From: Perkinsela sp. CCAP 1560/9
Taxonomy: Eukaryota > Protista > Euglenozoa: Kinetoplastea
Length of the DNA stretch: 64,000 nucleotides
Assembly: GCA_965644495.1 (NCBI GenBank)
Contig: CBFFSA010000002.1
Location: forward strand, 62,001 to 126,000
Reading direction: 5' to 3'
A program made the position numbers and the translations under genes. A model generated the notes under the pieces. That model was not told the DNA's origin. It worked only from the letters and a program-made list of their open reading frames with translations, and did no database searches. The first letter of the stretch is position 1. The number at the start of each line of letters is the position of its first letter. Below, in pieces: positions 47,963 to 58,723 of this stretch.

Positions 47963-48865
47963 TTACGTTTTTTGTGGCTCGCAAATATATCGCGAATGTC
48001 TTACGCCCTCAAAAGATAAAAAATTACGGGAAAAATCAACATTGATTGCAGGAATAAAAATTAATTCCAAATCAACATGTCCAGTAAATTGATTCGATGA
48101 CAAATCAAGGTGTGACATAGATTCAGGCAGCGATATAAGATCGATAAGACCACTCAAATGATTGTGAGAGATAATAATGAGACTCATCTGCTTGGGAAGG
48201 CAAGACAGGCAAATTTCACCAGTGAGCTGATTATGACCGACGTCTAACTCCTGCAACGACAGAGGCAACTGCGATAGTTCAAGACCATGCTGAAACTGAT
48301 TATGGTTTACATTCAGAGATACCAACCCTTGAGGAAGATTTTCTAATTGCAAATTTCCGTAAAAAAGGTTCTCAGAGAAATCAGCAAACTCAATAGAGGC
48401 GGGAAGCTCATCCAAAGCAAGCCTTCCAGAAAACCGGTTCTGCGAGACGTACATTTCTTTTATACTATCGGGAAGCAAACCTAAGGGCAGAGTTCCATTG
48501 AAAAGATTCTTATGGAGTGATATTAACTCCACTCCATGCGGCATGTGAGACCAGTGAAGAGATCCACGAAAACGAGTATGATTGCCGATACCAGCCAAGT
48601 TGATTCGGATTGTACTATTGCTTATACCGATTCCATACCAGGTACTAGCGTGTGTTCCTTCCTTCCACGAGGGGTGAGGATTCCGAATAGGTTGGAATAA
48701 GCGGGACATTTGCAAATGGAGAGGCAAGTTAGACCCACCAATTTTGGAACTCCGCAGGGAGTCGTACGATTCCTTGGTTTGACAGTGAGAAAAGCAGACG
48801 AAAAGGTGGAAACCAATAAAATATTTCTGGATGAAGAACGAGAACACAAGTGCAGAAAATGACAT
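47963..48865 (-). CDS. Small LRR protein, family member 7
   Basis: Hydrophobic leader, LRSSKIGGSNLP, HPSW...TW.G cap with the cysteines lost, LP..L repeats. Confidence 0.85.
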   Translation of the reverse strand: MSFSALVFSFFIQKYFIGFHLFVCFSHCQTKESYDSLRSSKIGGSNLPLHLQMSRLFQPIRNPHPSWKEGTHASTWYGIGISNSTIRINLAGIGNHTRFRGSLHWSHMPHGVELISLHKNLFNGTLPLGLLPDSIKEMYVSQNRFSGRLALDELPASIEFADFSENLFYGNLQLENLPQGLVSLNVNHNQFQHGLELSQLPLSLQELDVGHNQLTGEICLSCLPKQMSLIIISHNHLSGLIDLISLPESMSHLDLSSNQFTGHVDLELIFIPAINVDFSRNFLSFEGVRHSRYICEPQKT

Positions 48866-49141
48866 GAAATAGAAGTTTCAAGAGAAAACGTTTTACAAGG
48901 TGATTTGCATGCTACATGTATTGCTACGTATTGTGTATTGTCGTACACTACTGTGTACTGGGAGAGCAAATAAAACGTAGAAAAGTAATAAGAGATTTTT
49001 TTTTATTTCTTTGACTTAGAACTATGCAAACCAAACGTCGATACTAGAGACTCTCCAATAGAGAGCCAATGTTAGTAAAGATTAATTTTCAAAAATAATA
49101 AAAAGGTTGCTCCGGACATACCCTGAGCAAAACAGACAGCT

Positions 49142-50416
49142 TCAAGTGTAAGGATACGTTTCTTTCCAATGCTCCGAAATAGGTTGATCAATATACGGAT
49201 TACGTACTTCTAGGGAATACAAATCCTTCATAGACTTTCCCATACGCTGCAAAACATCCGCCAGAGTGCGGCGTCCTGGGGTTGTGGAACCCTTGTAGTT
49301 AGGATTCAATGTAAGCTGGGAGCGCTGTTCATCCCCTCGGAGTCCCAATTTGGGGTCGTGTAGTCGGGAAGGGTCCTGACCAGCAAAAAAGTCGCGCCAA
49401 TAAACGTCGTCATAATACCCCTTCTTCAAGTGATCCGGCAGACGGTTGTCCACCACACGATTTGGATGAAACAACATGGGTCGATCCTTTCCCTGAGGAT
49501 GCTGCGCCATCATTCCCTTCCGCCGACGCACTTCCTCAAGGTAGGGGTAGTAATTATGTAATAAACTACCAGGGACGCGACCTCGGGAGTGCGCGACTTC
49601 ATTAATGCTACGGTAGCGACGTATCGCCTCAAAAATACCTCGGACAATCAGTGGAGTGACGTTACCCTGCGTCCGGTGTGCTGTGAGTCCATATTTGACA
49701 CCACCACGGTTAAACCCAAAGGCGCACAGGATATCAGCGTACAACGCGTGGCCACAAATTCGATTCGAGGGGTAAAGTAGGATACGTTTTCCCTCATAGT
49801 TGATGTTTACTGGGTATCGTGGCCCCTCATCCTCGAGGTCTACTGCAATAACATTCTCAAAAGCGTTACGAACGGCCTCCGTCTTAGCCTCCCGCATGGA
49901 AGGGCCAATGCCATCACCAAATCCTGCCATTCCTTTTCCTGTGCCAACATACAGCGAGACATAACTCCAGTGTCGGGAATCAAAAGGTCCAAACTTTATC
50001 CGACGTGTGCCTATGTCGACCATGTTAAGATAGAAATTACAAAGAAACCTGCCGCGGTGCTCGGCGGGCATCATTTCAGGTGTCCACCAGGTGTTGCTGC
50101 GCCACTGGTTGTACTCCGTGTTGAGACGATGACGCCAGGTAAAGCCCTCGGGGTAGACGTCAGGAACCACCTTGTATTCGTTGTGGAGATCAATATTACT
50201 GTCATAACCCTTCGGGCCATACGCGTCGGCCTGAGCAAACGCACTCTCCGCAGGCTGCCGCACGTCGCGGTAATAAATCGAAGTACCATTGTCCAGATCC
50301 ACATAGGGGTTTTGCATCTTTTCAAAGTGCCGACGGGTAAGGCTTCCGGGTTTCATCCATGGGTAATAAATTCGAGGCAAACCTCCGCGCCAGGTGCCCA
50401 GAGTGGTGCGCGTCAT
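49142..50416 (-). CDS. uS5m: Kinetoplastid-type mitoribosomal protein uS5m
   Basis: S5 core YVSLYVGTGKGMAGFGDG...EAKTEAVRNAFENV and GNV..IVRGIFEAI...SINEVAHSRG. Long lineage-specific extensions (TLGTWRGGLPRIYYPW). Confidence 0.8.
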   Translation of the reverse strand: MTRTTLGTWRGGLPRIYYPWMKPGSLTRRHFEKMQNPYVDLDNGTSIYYRDVRQPAESAFAQADAYGPKGYDSNIDLHNEYKVVPDVYPEGFTWRHRLNTEYNQWRSNTWWTPEMMPAEHRGRFLCNFYLNMVDIGTRRIKFGPFDSRHWSYVSLYVGTGKGMAGFGDGIGPSMREAKTEAVRNAFENVIAVDLEDEGPRYPVNINYEGKRILLYPSNRICGHALYADILCAFGFNRGGVKYGLTAHRTQGNVTPLIVRGIFEAIRRYRSINEVAHSRGRVPGSLLHNYYPYLEEVRRRKGMMAQHPQGKDRPMLFHPNRVVDNRLPDHLKKGYYDDVYWRDFFAGQDPSRLHDPKLGLRGDEQRSQLTLNPNYKGSTTPGRRTLADVLQRMGKSMKDLYSLEVRNPYIDQPISEHWKETYPYT

Positions 50417-50694
50417 AAATTAATGAAAAAAGTTAGTTTAAATCCTGTCTTAAAGACGTACAGCATGTTTTAAAGAAAGGAAATATGAGCTCAAAAACCA
50501 TAATCCTTAACGCTATTTTTTTAAAAGCCGTGTAACTAATGGGAAAATAGACCTAAAAAAAGTTGAAAAAAATATTTTTCATAAAATAAGATACTCCCAT
50601 GGAGCACACAGGAGTGTCCTTTACGCAACTTTCTCTTCGTTTCTTCAAGGTTTTCAACTTGAAACACGAACCTAGAGCAAGTTCATGCTTTTAA

Positions 50695-50768
50695 ATTCTC
50701 TTTCGAATTCGCCCCAAAATATCTTTTAAATTCGACCCAAAAATTCTTTTAAATTCGCCCCAAAATAC
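50695..50768. repeat. Degenerate tandem repeat of about 25 bp x3
   Basis: aattcg(c/a)cccaaaa units separated by tcttttaa. Confidence 0.7.
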
Positions 50769-50842
50769 AGAGTCTGTCTTTCATAGATAAAAAATACCAT
50801 CAAAAATACCCCATTTCGACTATTACGGAACGGAATACGCAT

Positions 50843-51475
50843 TCAGTCCCGTTTCAGACGAATTTTCGTTCCTTCAATCCATATAGTTGATACCGTGGTA
50901 GGTATTTTATTTCTATGTAGCACCCCACGCAGCTCAGAATTTCCAGATAGATCGAGACGTTGCAGCGCGAAAGGCAAACTGGTGAACTCCACTTCTCCGG
51001 AAAATAAATTGTCTTGTAGGAACACATCTACCAAAGTTTGGGGGAGACTGGCCAAATCCAGCTCTCCTGAGAACTTGTTCAATTCCAAACTCAATCCCGT
51101 AATTTTACTTGAAAGTGCACAAAAATCAACTTCTCCACAAAGGTGGTTACATTCGCCACTACGCTCACCAAGGTCTAGGGACAAAAGCGTCTCAGGGAGG
51201 TGTTGCCAACGCGGAGTTCCCCGTAGTTGTTTACCACCCCAGTTCACCTCGGTTACCTCTTGTCGAGCATTGCAGTACACACCCGCCCACTCGCATGCTG
51301 GTCTTTCAGGTACCCAGGAGGAGTCCGCGTTAGAAATATTTTGGATGAAACACACAAGTTCATAGTCAGAAGGAAGAGCGACACCGCGTATTTTGCTGGG
51401 ACGCAAATAGGAGGGAGTATCAGCAGCCGTGATTTCGGAAAGAATGCTCAGATACCCGAAGTACAAGCGCGCCAT
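50843..51475 (-). CDS. Small LRR protein, family member 8
   Basis: ITAAD...LRPSKIRGVALPSDYEL, PACEWAGVYC, LP..L repeats. Confidence 0.9.
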   Translation of the reverse strand: MARLYFGYLSILSEITAADTPSYLRPSKIRGVALPSDYELVCFIQNISNADSSWVPERPACEWAGVYCNARQEVTEVNWGGKQLRGTPRWQHLPETLLSLDLGERSGECNHLCGEVDFCALSSKITGLSLELNKFSGELDLASLPQTLVDVFLQDNLFSGEVEFTSLPFALQRLDLSGNSELRGVLHRNKIPTTVSTIWIEGTKIRLKRD

Positions 51476-51719
51476 TTAAGAAAATATTGCGGAAAGTGAA
51501 TCAGCGACAAGGATGACGTTTTTTAGGAAACCGAAAAATATTGCAATAATTATGAATCATACTTTGTTAAGTCGTTAGAGAAACTTGACTCGTACATATC
51601 AATTAGAAGACCCGATATACCAAATTTCTAAATGCTTTTTTGGACGTACACAAAGGCTTAGTGTTTAGAAAATAATCAATAAACGGAGTATGTTGATGAC
51701 CTCCACGGTTATGTGGTAT

Positions 51720-53020
51720 GGATGCCACGTTAAGGCGAAGCCCTCCTTCCCGCTTTTCTCCCCTTTTTTGCACCCTCTGGGGCACACGACCCACCTCCCT
51801 GGCCCCGATTCAACCTCATATGTGCACTCAACAAGTCCCCTGTGGCCTGGGCCGCCAGCAACGAGACCTCCCCACACAACACCGCCCCACACACCACCCG
51901 CGCGAGCTTATCGGCATGCGCCCCGGGTCGTTCCTCACACGCCCCGGCACACCCCAGCAGTCGCAGCATCGCCTTCTGTGCCGGCAGCTCCGTCCCCCCA
52001 CCCACGGTACCGACCTCCACACAAGGCATCGTCACCGAGACCCGAATCCCATCCCCCCCCTCCACCTGCATATCCGTCACACACTGCGCGCTCTCCACAA
52101 CCTGCGCCACATCCTGTCCACACGCCACAAACAGTGCCGCGACGACATTCGCCGCGTGCGCGTTAAACCCCCCCACCGACCCCGCCACCGCGGAGCCCAA
52201 CATCACCTTACAATGGTGCACCTCCATCAACGCCCCCGCGGTGGTCTTCAGCACCCTCCCCAGGGTCTGCCCCGACAGCACCCCCTCCGCGCACACCCCC
52301 CGCCCGCGGCCCCGTACCCAGTTCACCGCCGCGGGTTTCTTGTCCGCGCACGCGTTCCCGCTGAGGCTCACGAGCACGGCCTCGGGGAACGCGGCGCGTG
52401 TGATGAACCCCACCGCGGCGGCGGCCCCCTGGGTGACCATATTCATCCCCATGGCGTCCCCGGTGGTCGCGGCGAACCGCAGGAACGCCTTGTTCCCGGC
52501 CACCGTGACGTGGAGGGCCCGGAGCCGGGCGAACCGGGAGGGGGCGTCGAAGGCGGCTGCGATCTCGGCAAAGTGGTGCTGGCACCATTGTTGCAGCGCG
52601 GCGGCCCGGTCGAGGCTGGGGAGCGCGAGCACGGGGGCGCGGGTCATGCCGGGGTGGGTGAGACGGGTGGTGACGCCGGGGGGGTGGGCGGAGAGGGCGC
52701 GGGCGCCGCGGGAGGTGGAGGCGACCAGGGCGCCCTCGGTGGTGGCGAGGGGGAGGTGGGGGGTGTAGTGGGCGTCGAGGGTGAGGGGGCCGGCGAGACC
52801 GACGGGGAGGGGGACGAACCCGATGACGTTTTCGCAGTTGCGGCCGGAGACGGAGGACCAGGGGTAGGGGTGGTAGGGGAGGGGGGCGAGGGGGGTGTCG
52901 GGGGGAGTGTCGGGGGTGGTAGAGGGGGTGGAAAGGGTAGATGGGGTGGCTTTTTTGGAGTTTGGTATTGGGCTACGTTTTTGGGAAGTGTTTTTCGGCC
53001 TCGCTGGCTTGGGTAGGAGA
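51720..53020. other. Skew-switch island 7 (switch about 52400-52480)
   Basis: C/A-rich 51720-52330, G-rich 52510-53020, both extreme. Confidence 0.85.
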
Positions 53021-53181
53021 GACTCGATGTAAGTTCGACGCAAGTGAACAGCGCGCGTGTAGTCGGGATGTAGTTTCGCTTCGAGTTCGCGAGGTAAAAT
53101 TTTTTGACACCGAAGTTGTTTTAGAATTTCTTTATCGGTGAGTTTCCTTTGTTCAAGACGACGTCGTAGGAAGCGAAACAT
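51730..53181 (-). CDS. HMGR: Soluble class I HMG-CoA reductase with a mitochondrial-type presequence
   Basis: CENVIG, ATTEGALVAS, GDAMGMNM, SGN.C.DKK, GGFNAH, GQDVAQ, C-terminal catalytic His (SAHMRLNR). Start MFRFLRRR (53181); no membrane domain. Confidence 0.95.
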   Translation of the reverse strand: MFRFLRRRLEQRKLTDKEILKQLRCQKILPRELEAKLHPDYTRAVHLRRTYIESLLPKPARPKNTSQKRSPIPNSKKATPSTLSTPSTTPDTPPDTPLAPLPYHPYPWSSVSGRNCENVIGFVPLPVGLAGPLTLDAHYTPHLPLATTEGALVASTSRGARALSAHPPGVTTRLTHPGMTRAPVLALPSLDRAAALQQWCQHHFAEIAAAFDAPSRFARLRALHVTVAGNKAFLRFAATTGDAMGMNMVTQGAAAAVGFITRAAFPEAVLVSLSGNACADKKPAAVNWVRGRGRGVCAEGVLSGQTLGRVLKTTAGALMEVHHCKVMLGSAVAGSVGGFNAHAANVVAALFVACGQDVAQVVESAQCVTDMQVEGGDGIRVSVTMPCVEVGTVGGGTELPAQKAMLRLLGCAGACEERPGAHADKLARVVCGAVLCGEVSLLAAQATGDLLSAHMRLNRGQGGGSCAPEGAKKGRKAGRRASP

Positions 53182-53792
53182 TGGCGAGCACAAAGAAACT
53201 ACGAGGAAACTAAAATCTAATTTGTTAAAGAAATATATTCCCAAGGTTTGTGTGCTATTCAAATGATACAAAACTTATAAGACTCGAGTACAAGCCTCGA
53301 GTTGTGCTCGTTTGAATAGTGAAGTGTCAAAAACACAAAAATAAACACAGTTTAAAGGCAAAACATAGTGGGTGATAAACTGTTGAAAGAAGTTGTTGTG
53401 AGCGGATTTACTCTATTGATTTTGAAATTTTACTAAATTTGCTAGCAGCTGTAGCAATATTCATAACGACAGCACTACAATATCCAGCGGCAAAAAGATT
53501 GAAAAAAAGTGCACCGATTGTATGAATACTATGCAAAGGGCGAGAAATTATATAAGTGCTTGTGTCTGTGCATACTTTCCCAGATACTATATGAAAAATA
53601 CATGAAACATTTTTAAGAAAAAAACTATCCTTTCAGTATTTGAGTTTTGTTGAGCATAAAAAATGCTTTTCCGTTTTCTAAAACGGCACTCATCCCGTTA
53701 TAACATGAATTCAGCACAATTTACGCTAAAGAAACATTATAATATACTCTGTTGATACTACTCTATCAAGTAAATAGAAAACTTCCAATACC

Positions 53793-54387
53793 TCACTCCA
53801 AAGATTCAGGCTCGATGGAGAACACATTTCGATTGAGCTGCATGACTTGACTTGTTTTGCTCCATTCCATGGTAGAAGTTGTGGTAGTAAATGCCATCCG
53901 AGGCTTTGGTACCGAGCTAGAAGCAAATCCTGCCGCTTCCGAGGAAGCTATTCTCCGATTCCCCGCTTCTCCTTCCACCTGCACCTCAGTTACATTTGTT
54001 GCGGCACGCGATACTTCCGTAGTAGAACCCACGTCAACTTCCTGCGACAACCCTTTCCGGTTTTCCAACTCCGACACCACCACCCCCGACACACCCTGCT
54101 CCATACTTCCCTCCCACCCCCTCTTCATCCCCTCCTTCCCACCTCCCACCCCTTCCTGTTGCACTGTACCCCCTACACCCCCACCCTCCCTCTCACCCCC
54201 TCCCCCTTCTCCCCATCCCATCCCTTTCCCCCCTACAGCCATCACGCCCCCCGTCGCACCCCCCATCCCCATCCCTCCACCTCTCCGTTGCGTCACCCCT
54301 TCCCTCCCACCACTCCCGGGGGCAAACCCCCCTGAGGGACTCGAGGCCATTCCCGGAGTAACTGCAGCTGCAGCAGCAGATGGCTGC

Positions 54388-54419
<32 letters not shown>

Positions 54420-57400
54420 TTGAAACGCTCCCCCCCTTGCTGTGTTCGGGAGCGTGGGCATCGGGGGAGGGGCGCCCAGGGGAAGCCCACGGGGGGGTAG
54501 GGGGGGAAGGCCCCACAGGGGAGGGGGGAAGGGGGGGAGTAGGGGGTGGGACCCTGGCCGTGGGTGGGCAGCGGGGGGGAGGGGGAGAGGCTGGGGGAGG
54601 GTAGAGAGGGGAGGGTTGGGGCTGAGGGTGGTGTTGCTGGTGCTGGTGTTGCTGGGTAGTGAAGTGAGCGTAGGTGTGTTACTACTGCTCCCACGGGTAT
54701 GACTACGGGTAGTGGGGGGATGAGGCCGGTTGGGGTCATAGGGGGGTAGGGAGGGGAGGGTGGGGGTAGAGCCGCCGTGGGGGAAAGGAGGGTGGGGGGG
54801 CAGGGGGTAAGGGGGGGTGGGGGGTTGTCGGTTGTGGGGGTGAGACAGAGGTCGGGTTTCGCCAGTGCCGGTGGGGGTGGACAAGAGGGTATCGGGGGAG
54901 GGATGGGGGATGGGGTGGCTGGGAAAGAACTGGGGGGCGTTGCGGTTCAGGGAGGAGAGGCTTTGTGAGGGGGGTGGATCGGACGAAGAGGAGAGGGGTG
55001 GAAGGGAGGGAGGTGTTATGGATTCTGGATATTTCGCTTGGTGGAGTGGCAAACCCGGGAGCGATGGCGTGGGGAGTGGCATATTCATGGATAGAGGAGG
55101 GGTGGGAGGTGGCGCCATGGGGGCCCGCTCTTTCTCTTTTTCTTCAAGTCTTCCAGATGGTGGAGTAGATATAGAGGACACATGCTGTGCCAAATGCGAG
55201 TGAAGGGGCAGTGTTAAAGACTGTGATTGTGTCGGTGCTGTAGGGCCGGGGAACGTCTTCGGCAACTGCAACGAAGGCGACTGTGACAGGGAGAGAGGGG
55301 CAGCGCCTTGCAGTTGTGTAGGCCCAAATGATGTCCGTGCCCTGTCTCGGTGGGGTTGCAACACAGGAGGAGGATTGACGGAGGCATTTAGCGGCACCGG
55401 GGCCATAGTTGTAGGAAGTGCGGTGGTCGAGCTGACATTGGAAGACTGACCCCCTCGCGTGTTTCGCACGGCCGTGCGTAACTCCACCACAAGGCATTGC
55501 CGTGGCAAAGGTACTGCGGGGAACATCTTGTCGCGATCGGTGGAGACAAACTCACGCAGGGCGGTTTCCTGCGCTGTAGTTTTCGCCACCCATGCACCGT
55601 GGGCATCCATGAGAACTTTTTTGTGTAGCAACGCAATTGCCCGGGAGCGTTCCGATTCGGTACGGCAATAAACGTAGAAGAAAGCGCAGGGTTGTCGGCG
55701 CATGACCTCCACATATACCAACTCAACGTTGCAAATACGTCGAAAGAGGTAGTGCAGTACCAGAGGTGTAGTGCGGTATGTACTTTGCCCGACAAATAAG
55801 CCATATAGACCTTCGGGTGTGCGATAGAGATTTACGCTGGGCGTCTCATAGAGCCATTCTGGGATAGGGAGGTAAAAGCAGTGCTGGATCAGGCTTCGAA
55901 ATTGAATGACATGATAGCTAACTGCACCGGACATCGGGCCACGTTGCCCAGAGGTGCCTTTAACACCTTCGTTGCGATAGCTCTCCAAATCGGGATTGAC
56001 AATCCATGTGCAGTGCGTCAAGGCGAGCTCCTCCTCCGGAACATTTTCCGTAGATTGTTGTTGCATTGATGAGATTTCAGTGACGGGAAGATAGTGGTCC
56101 TTTCGATGAGTAGCTGTGAGCTGTCCAACTTGCGGAGCATTCGGAGGGCCTGGTATCACGACGCTGCTTGCCTTGGGCGGGAGATTTCGTTGCTGAAATG
56201 GGAGGGTAGGAAACTCTTGCAATTGAGAAGATATCGTGGTGCGATCTATGGGAGGAATCTGATTCACCGGAAATGGAAAGGGCCCAGGGTCCGTCCCAAG
56301 GAGTGCAGGTAAGGGAATAGCTGGAACAATGGGACGCCGAGTAGAAAAAGTATTAGAATGCGTGACCTCTTTCAAAACGGGATTAGTCTTTTGAGTAGAA
56401 TTATTTTCCTGCGGAGGGGTTGCCCAGGAAGAGGAAAAATAACTTACCGGATGTATTGCCCTCTTTTCCGGATCTTCCGAAGTGTTTTGAAGGGAAAATG
56501 ATGGATTTACACGGGAATGGGTCATAGTGGGCAAGAGATTGATGGACGAATGCTCCACTGAGGATGCTGCACAATTCGTTTTACCCTCGGAATCTAGCAG
56601 TGGAGGTGTAAGGCTGTTGGTTGGAGCTGGTAACGTCTTTTTGGCTGATGCATAGTCTTGTGAGCTCAATGCCCATGTCGGTTGATTTTTGTTCTCTATC
56701 TGATCCAGATTATTCGTTTCTTCATTTAACTTTAAATTAGTACTATGTTGTTCCGATATGTCATTGACAACAAAAGAAGAGACATTGTCGACCTCGAAAG
56801 ATTTTGCCGTCTGTGTTAGAGTTTTTTGAAGAGCCTTTTCCACCCATTTATCTTCTTTAGTATTCTGGAATCCACAGCGTACCTCACTTCCTATCGGTTC
56901 CATTTCTGCACTGTTTTGGTTCGTTACATCGACTGTATCTGGAGCAAATTCATACGCAGTCCATATACCCGTAGATATGTCCGAACCTGCATATGAAGAT
57001 GCGGAATCCGCAGAGTCCAATATCTTATTGATAGGCGAAAAAGGAACCTGAATAGTTTCTTGATAGTTGTTCGGTGCGTTATATTCAAAATATGTTTTAT
57101 CGGCTGCAGCTTTGATAGTGCTCGCGTCTCTGTTAACTGAAGGGAATTTCGCATTTATCTTCTCGTCAGATTCTGAAAAAGACCAGGCTGAAGCAAAGGA
57201 AGATAAAGGTTTGTCTTGAGAAGTCTCCTGAATGGAATGTAACGTAAAACTATTTTCAGAGGCTTCTCCCGTATATGGCGACGTGCTAGAAAAATTCAGA
57301 CCAAGCGCACCTAGCATATCCAAATAGGAATTGTCTTCCAGGGTGGTGTCCTTATTAGACTCTGGTGAATGGGGCGAATTTTTAGACTGTGAATTTGTAT

Positions 57401-57542
57401 TCGGTTCCTCTCTTAGAAAATTGGTTTTAAAATTCGAGGCCTGACAAAAGTCTTCAGGTGTACCTAATGTATTTAGGGAAGTAGAGTTTTTCAATGATCC
57501 CAACTCTGAGGTAGAGGATTCATCGATTTGTTTTGGTATCAT
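53793..57542 (-). CDS. Large low-complexity protein with a divergent RRM-like domain of a kinetoplastid family
   Basis: One globular block, GLFVGQ...FFYVYC...RAIALLHKKVLMDAHGAWVA...LPRQCLVVE (about 55480-55810), flanked by Ser-rich, Pro-rich, polyQ and Gly-rich tracts. Confidence 0.7.
53950..55130. other. Skew-switch island 8 (switch about 54320-54460)
   Basis: C-runs 54070-54330 and G-runs 54460-55120, with CAG/CTG tracts at the centre. Confidence 0.85.
54363..54422. repeat. CAG/CTG trinucleotide tracts (polyQ and polyAla in the protein)
   Basis: cagcagcag atgg ctgctgctg...; encodes Q13-PS-A5 on the minus strand. Confidence 0.85.
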
Positions 57543-58084
57543 CGCTCTTATTTACGGTTATGATGCAAGTGGGTGAATTGTCGGTGTCCTGTGAAGCAAG
57601 ATGTGAGGGGCTCCGTTTAAGACTCCAAGCAAGATTAATGGAGCTATAGGACTTAGAAATACAATGTGGACCTCGAGCGAATATAATATACAGTAAGTAC
57701 AGCGCCTTACTCGATTAAAAGATAATGATAAAGAGTGAACAGATAAGTTTGCTATATAAACAAATATTGCAATAAGCAATGCGAAACAACCTTCTTAGGA
57801 ATAGCAAAAAAAGAATGGAATTGGGGGACTGAATACCGAATTCTGTTGAATGTTAGTACTATTTTGAAATGTGCGATTTGATATTAAACTTAACTTTAAA
57901 AAATTAAAGGTCTCAATGGACTTGAAAATCTAAAAAGATAATTGGAAAATTTAAAGGGTGCACGTTATTAATTTAAATAATTTATGAAAATTAGATACAC
58001 GAAAATATCTGCACGAACACCTTCTAAAATATAGGATGAGGTCAAAAATGTAGGATGAGGTACTCCTTCACAACAATGTACTCT

Positions 58085-58477
58085 TTACTGCAACCTATCT
58101 GGTAAATACCCCGTCTTTTCATCATTCCAATCTACTTCCTCTGGTGGGAGCTTATCTCCGTACATCGCAGTCATTGGTACGTAATAATAGATCAGCCAAC
58201 CCAAGAAAAGAAAAAAAGGAGTACAAAAGTACCCTTCCTTGCCAAGGGCTGTAAATCGATTCATCTGCCAGAAAGGATCGACGAATCGTAGAGGAGTGAA
58301 AAGCCCAGTGTACGGTACACAAAATAGACCCGTGCACTCAGAACCCCGTGGAGCTTGTTCCGGGTCGTACGAACCCCACTCCTTTCCGTGTAGAAAGTAT
58401 GGTATCGGAGGTGGGCGTCCATAACGAAAACGGGTCTGGCGGAAAGGTCTTAGACTGTGTTTACTCAGTCGTAACAT
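58085..58477 (-). CDS. Small mitochondrial membrane protein, probably kinetoplastid ATP synthase subunit k
   Basis: MLRL presequence, a TM segment, and C.G.F...LR..D..W.MNR..A..E....TP...GD..PP..DWN.E.TG.LP. This matches T. brucei subunit k as I recall it; no search was run. Confidence 0.65.
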   Translation of the reverse strand: MLRLSKHSLRPFRQTRFRYGRPPPIPYFLHGKEWGSYDPEQAPRGSECTGLFCVPYTGLFTPLRFVDPFWQMNRFTALGKEGYFCTPFFLFLGWLIYYYVPMTAMYGDKLPPEEVDWNDEKTGYLPDRLQ

Positions 58478-58723
58478 GTATCAGAGGCAAGAATTGAAAT
58501 ATCGTTATCTTTGTAAAAAAGTTTGTTGCAAGATAAATAGCGCTTTTTTAACGACTAAATGTGGCTCTAAATGTACTATTGTTGACAGAAAGAATACATC
58601 CTCCTGAAGTGGACTGAAAATGGACGAATGAAAGTGATGGAAGTCCATCCATTACGAACTTCAATCTAAACTATAAAATAAGAAAAAAAACATAAAAATA
58701 ATTCAAACAATAAAACGGCCAAG

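Noticed and set aside
51718-53016. Long + strand ORFs (432 aa here; also 15338-16147, 45994-46800, 51842-52768, 5295-5771 and others)
   Set aside because: These are antisense shadows of real genes inside GC-rich islands, where stop codons are rare. They are low-complexity and have no motifs.
45380-53020. Horizontal transfer or contamination as the cause of the GC-rich TKT, HMGR and DBP8 segments
   Set aside because: Composition changes in the middle of continuous reading frames of eukaryotic-type genes and shows the same mirror skew each time. Long-read confirmation is still advisable.
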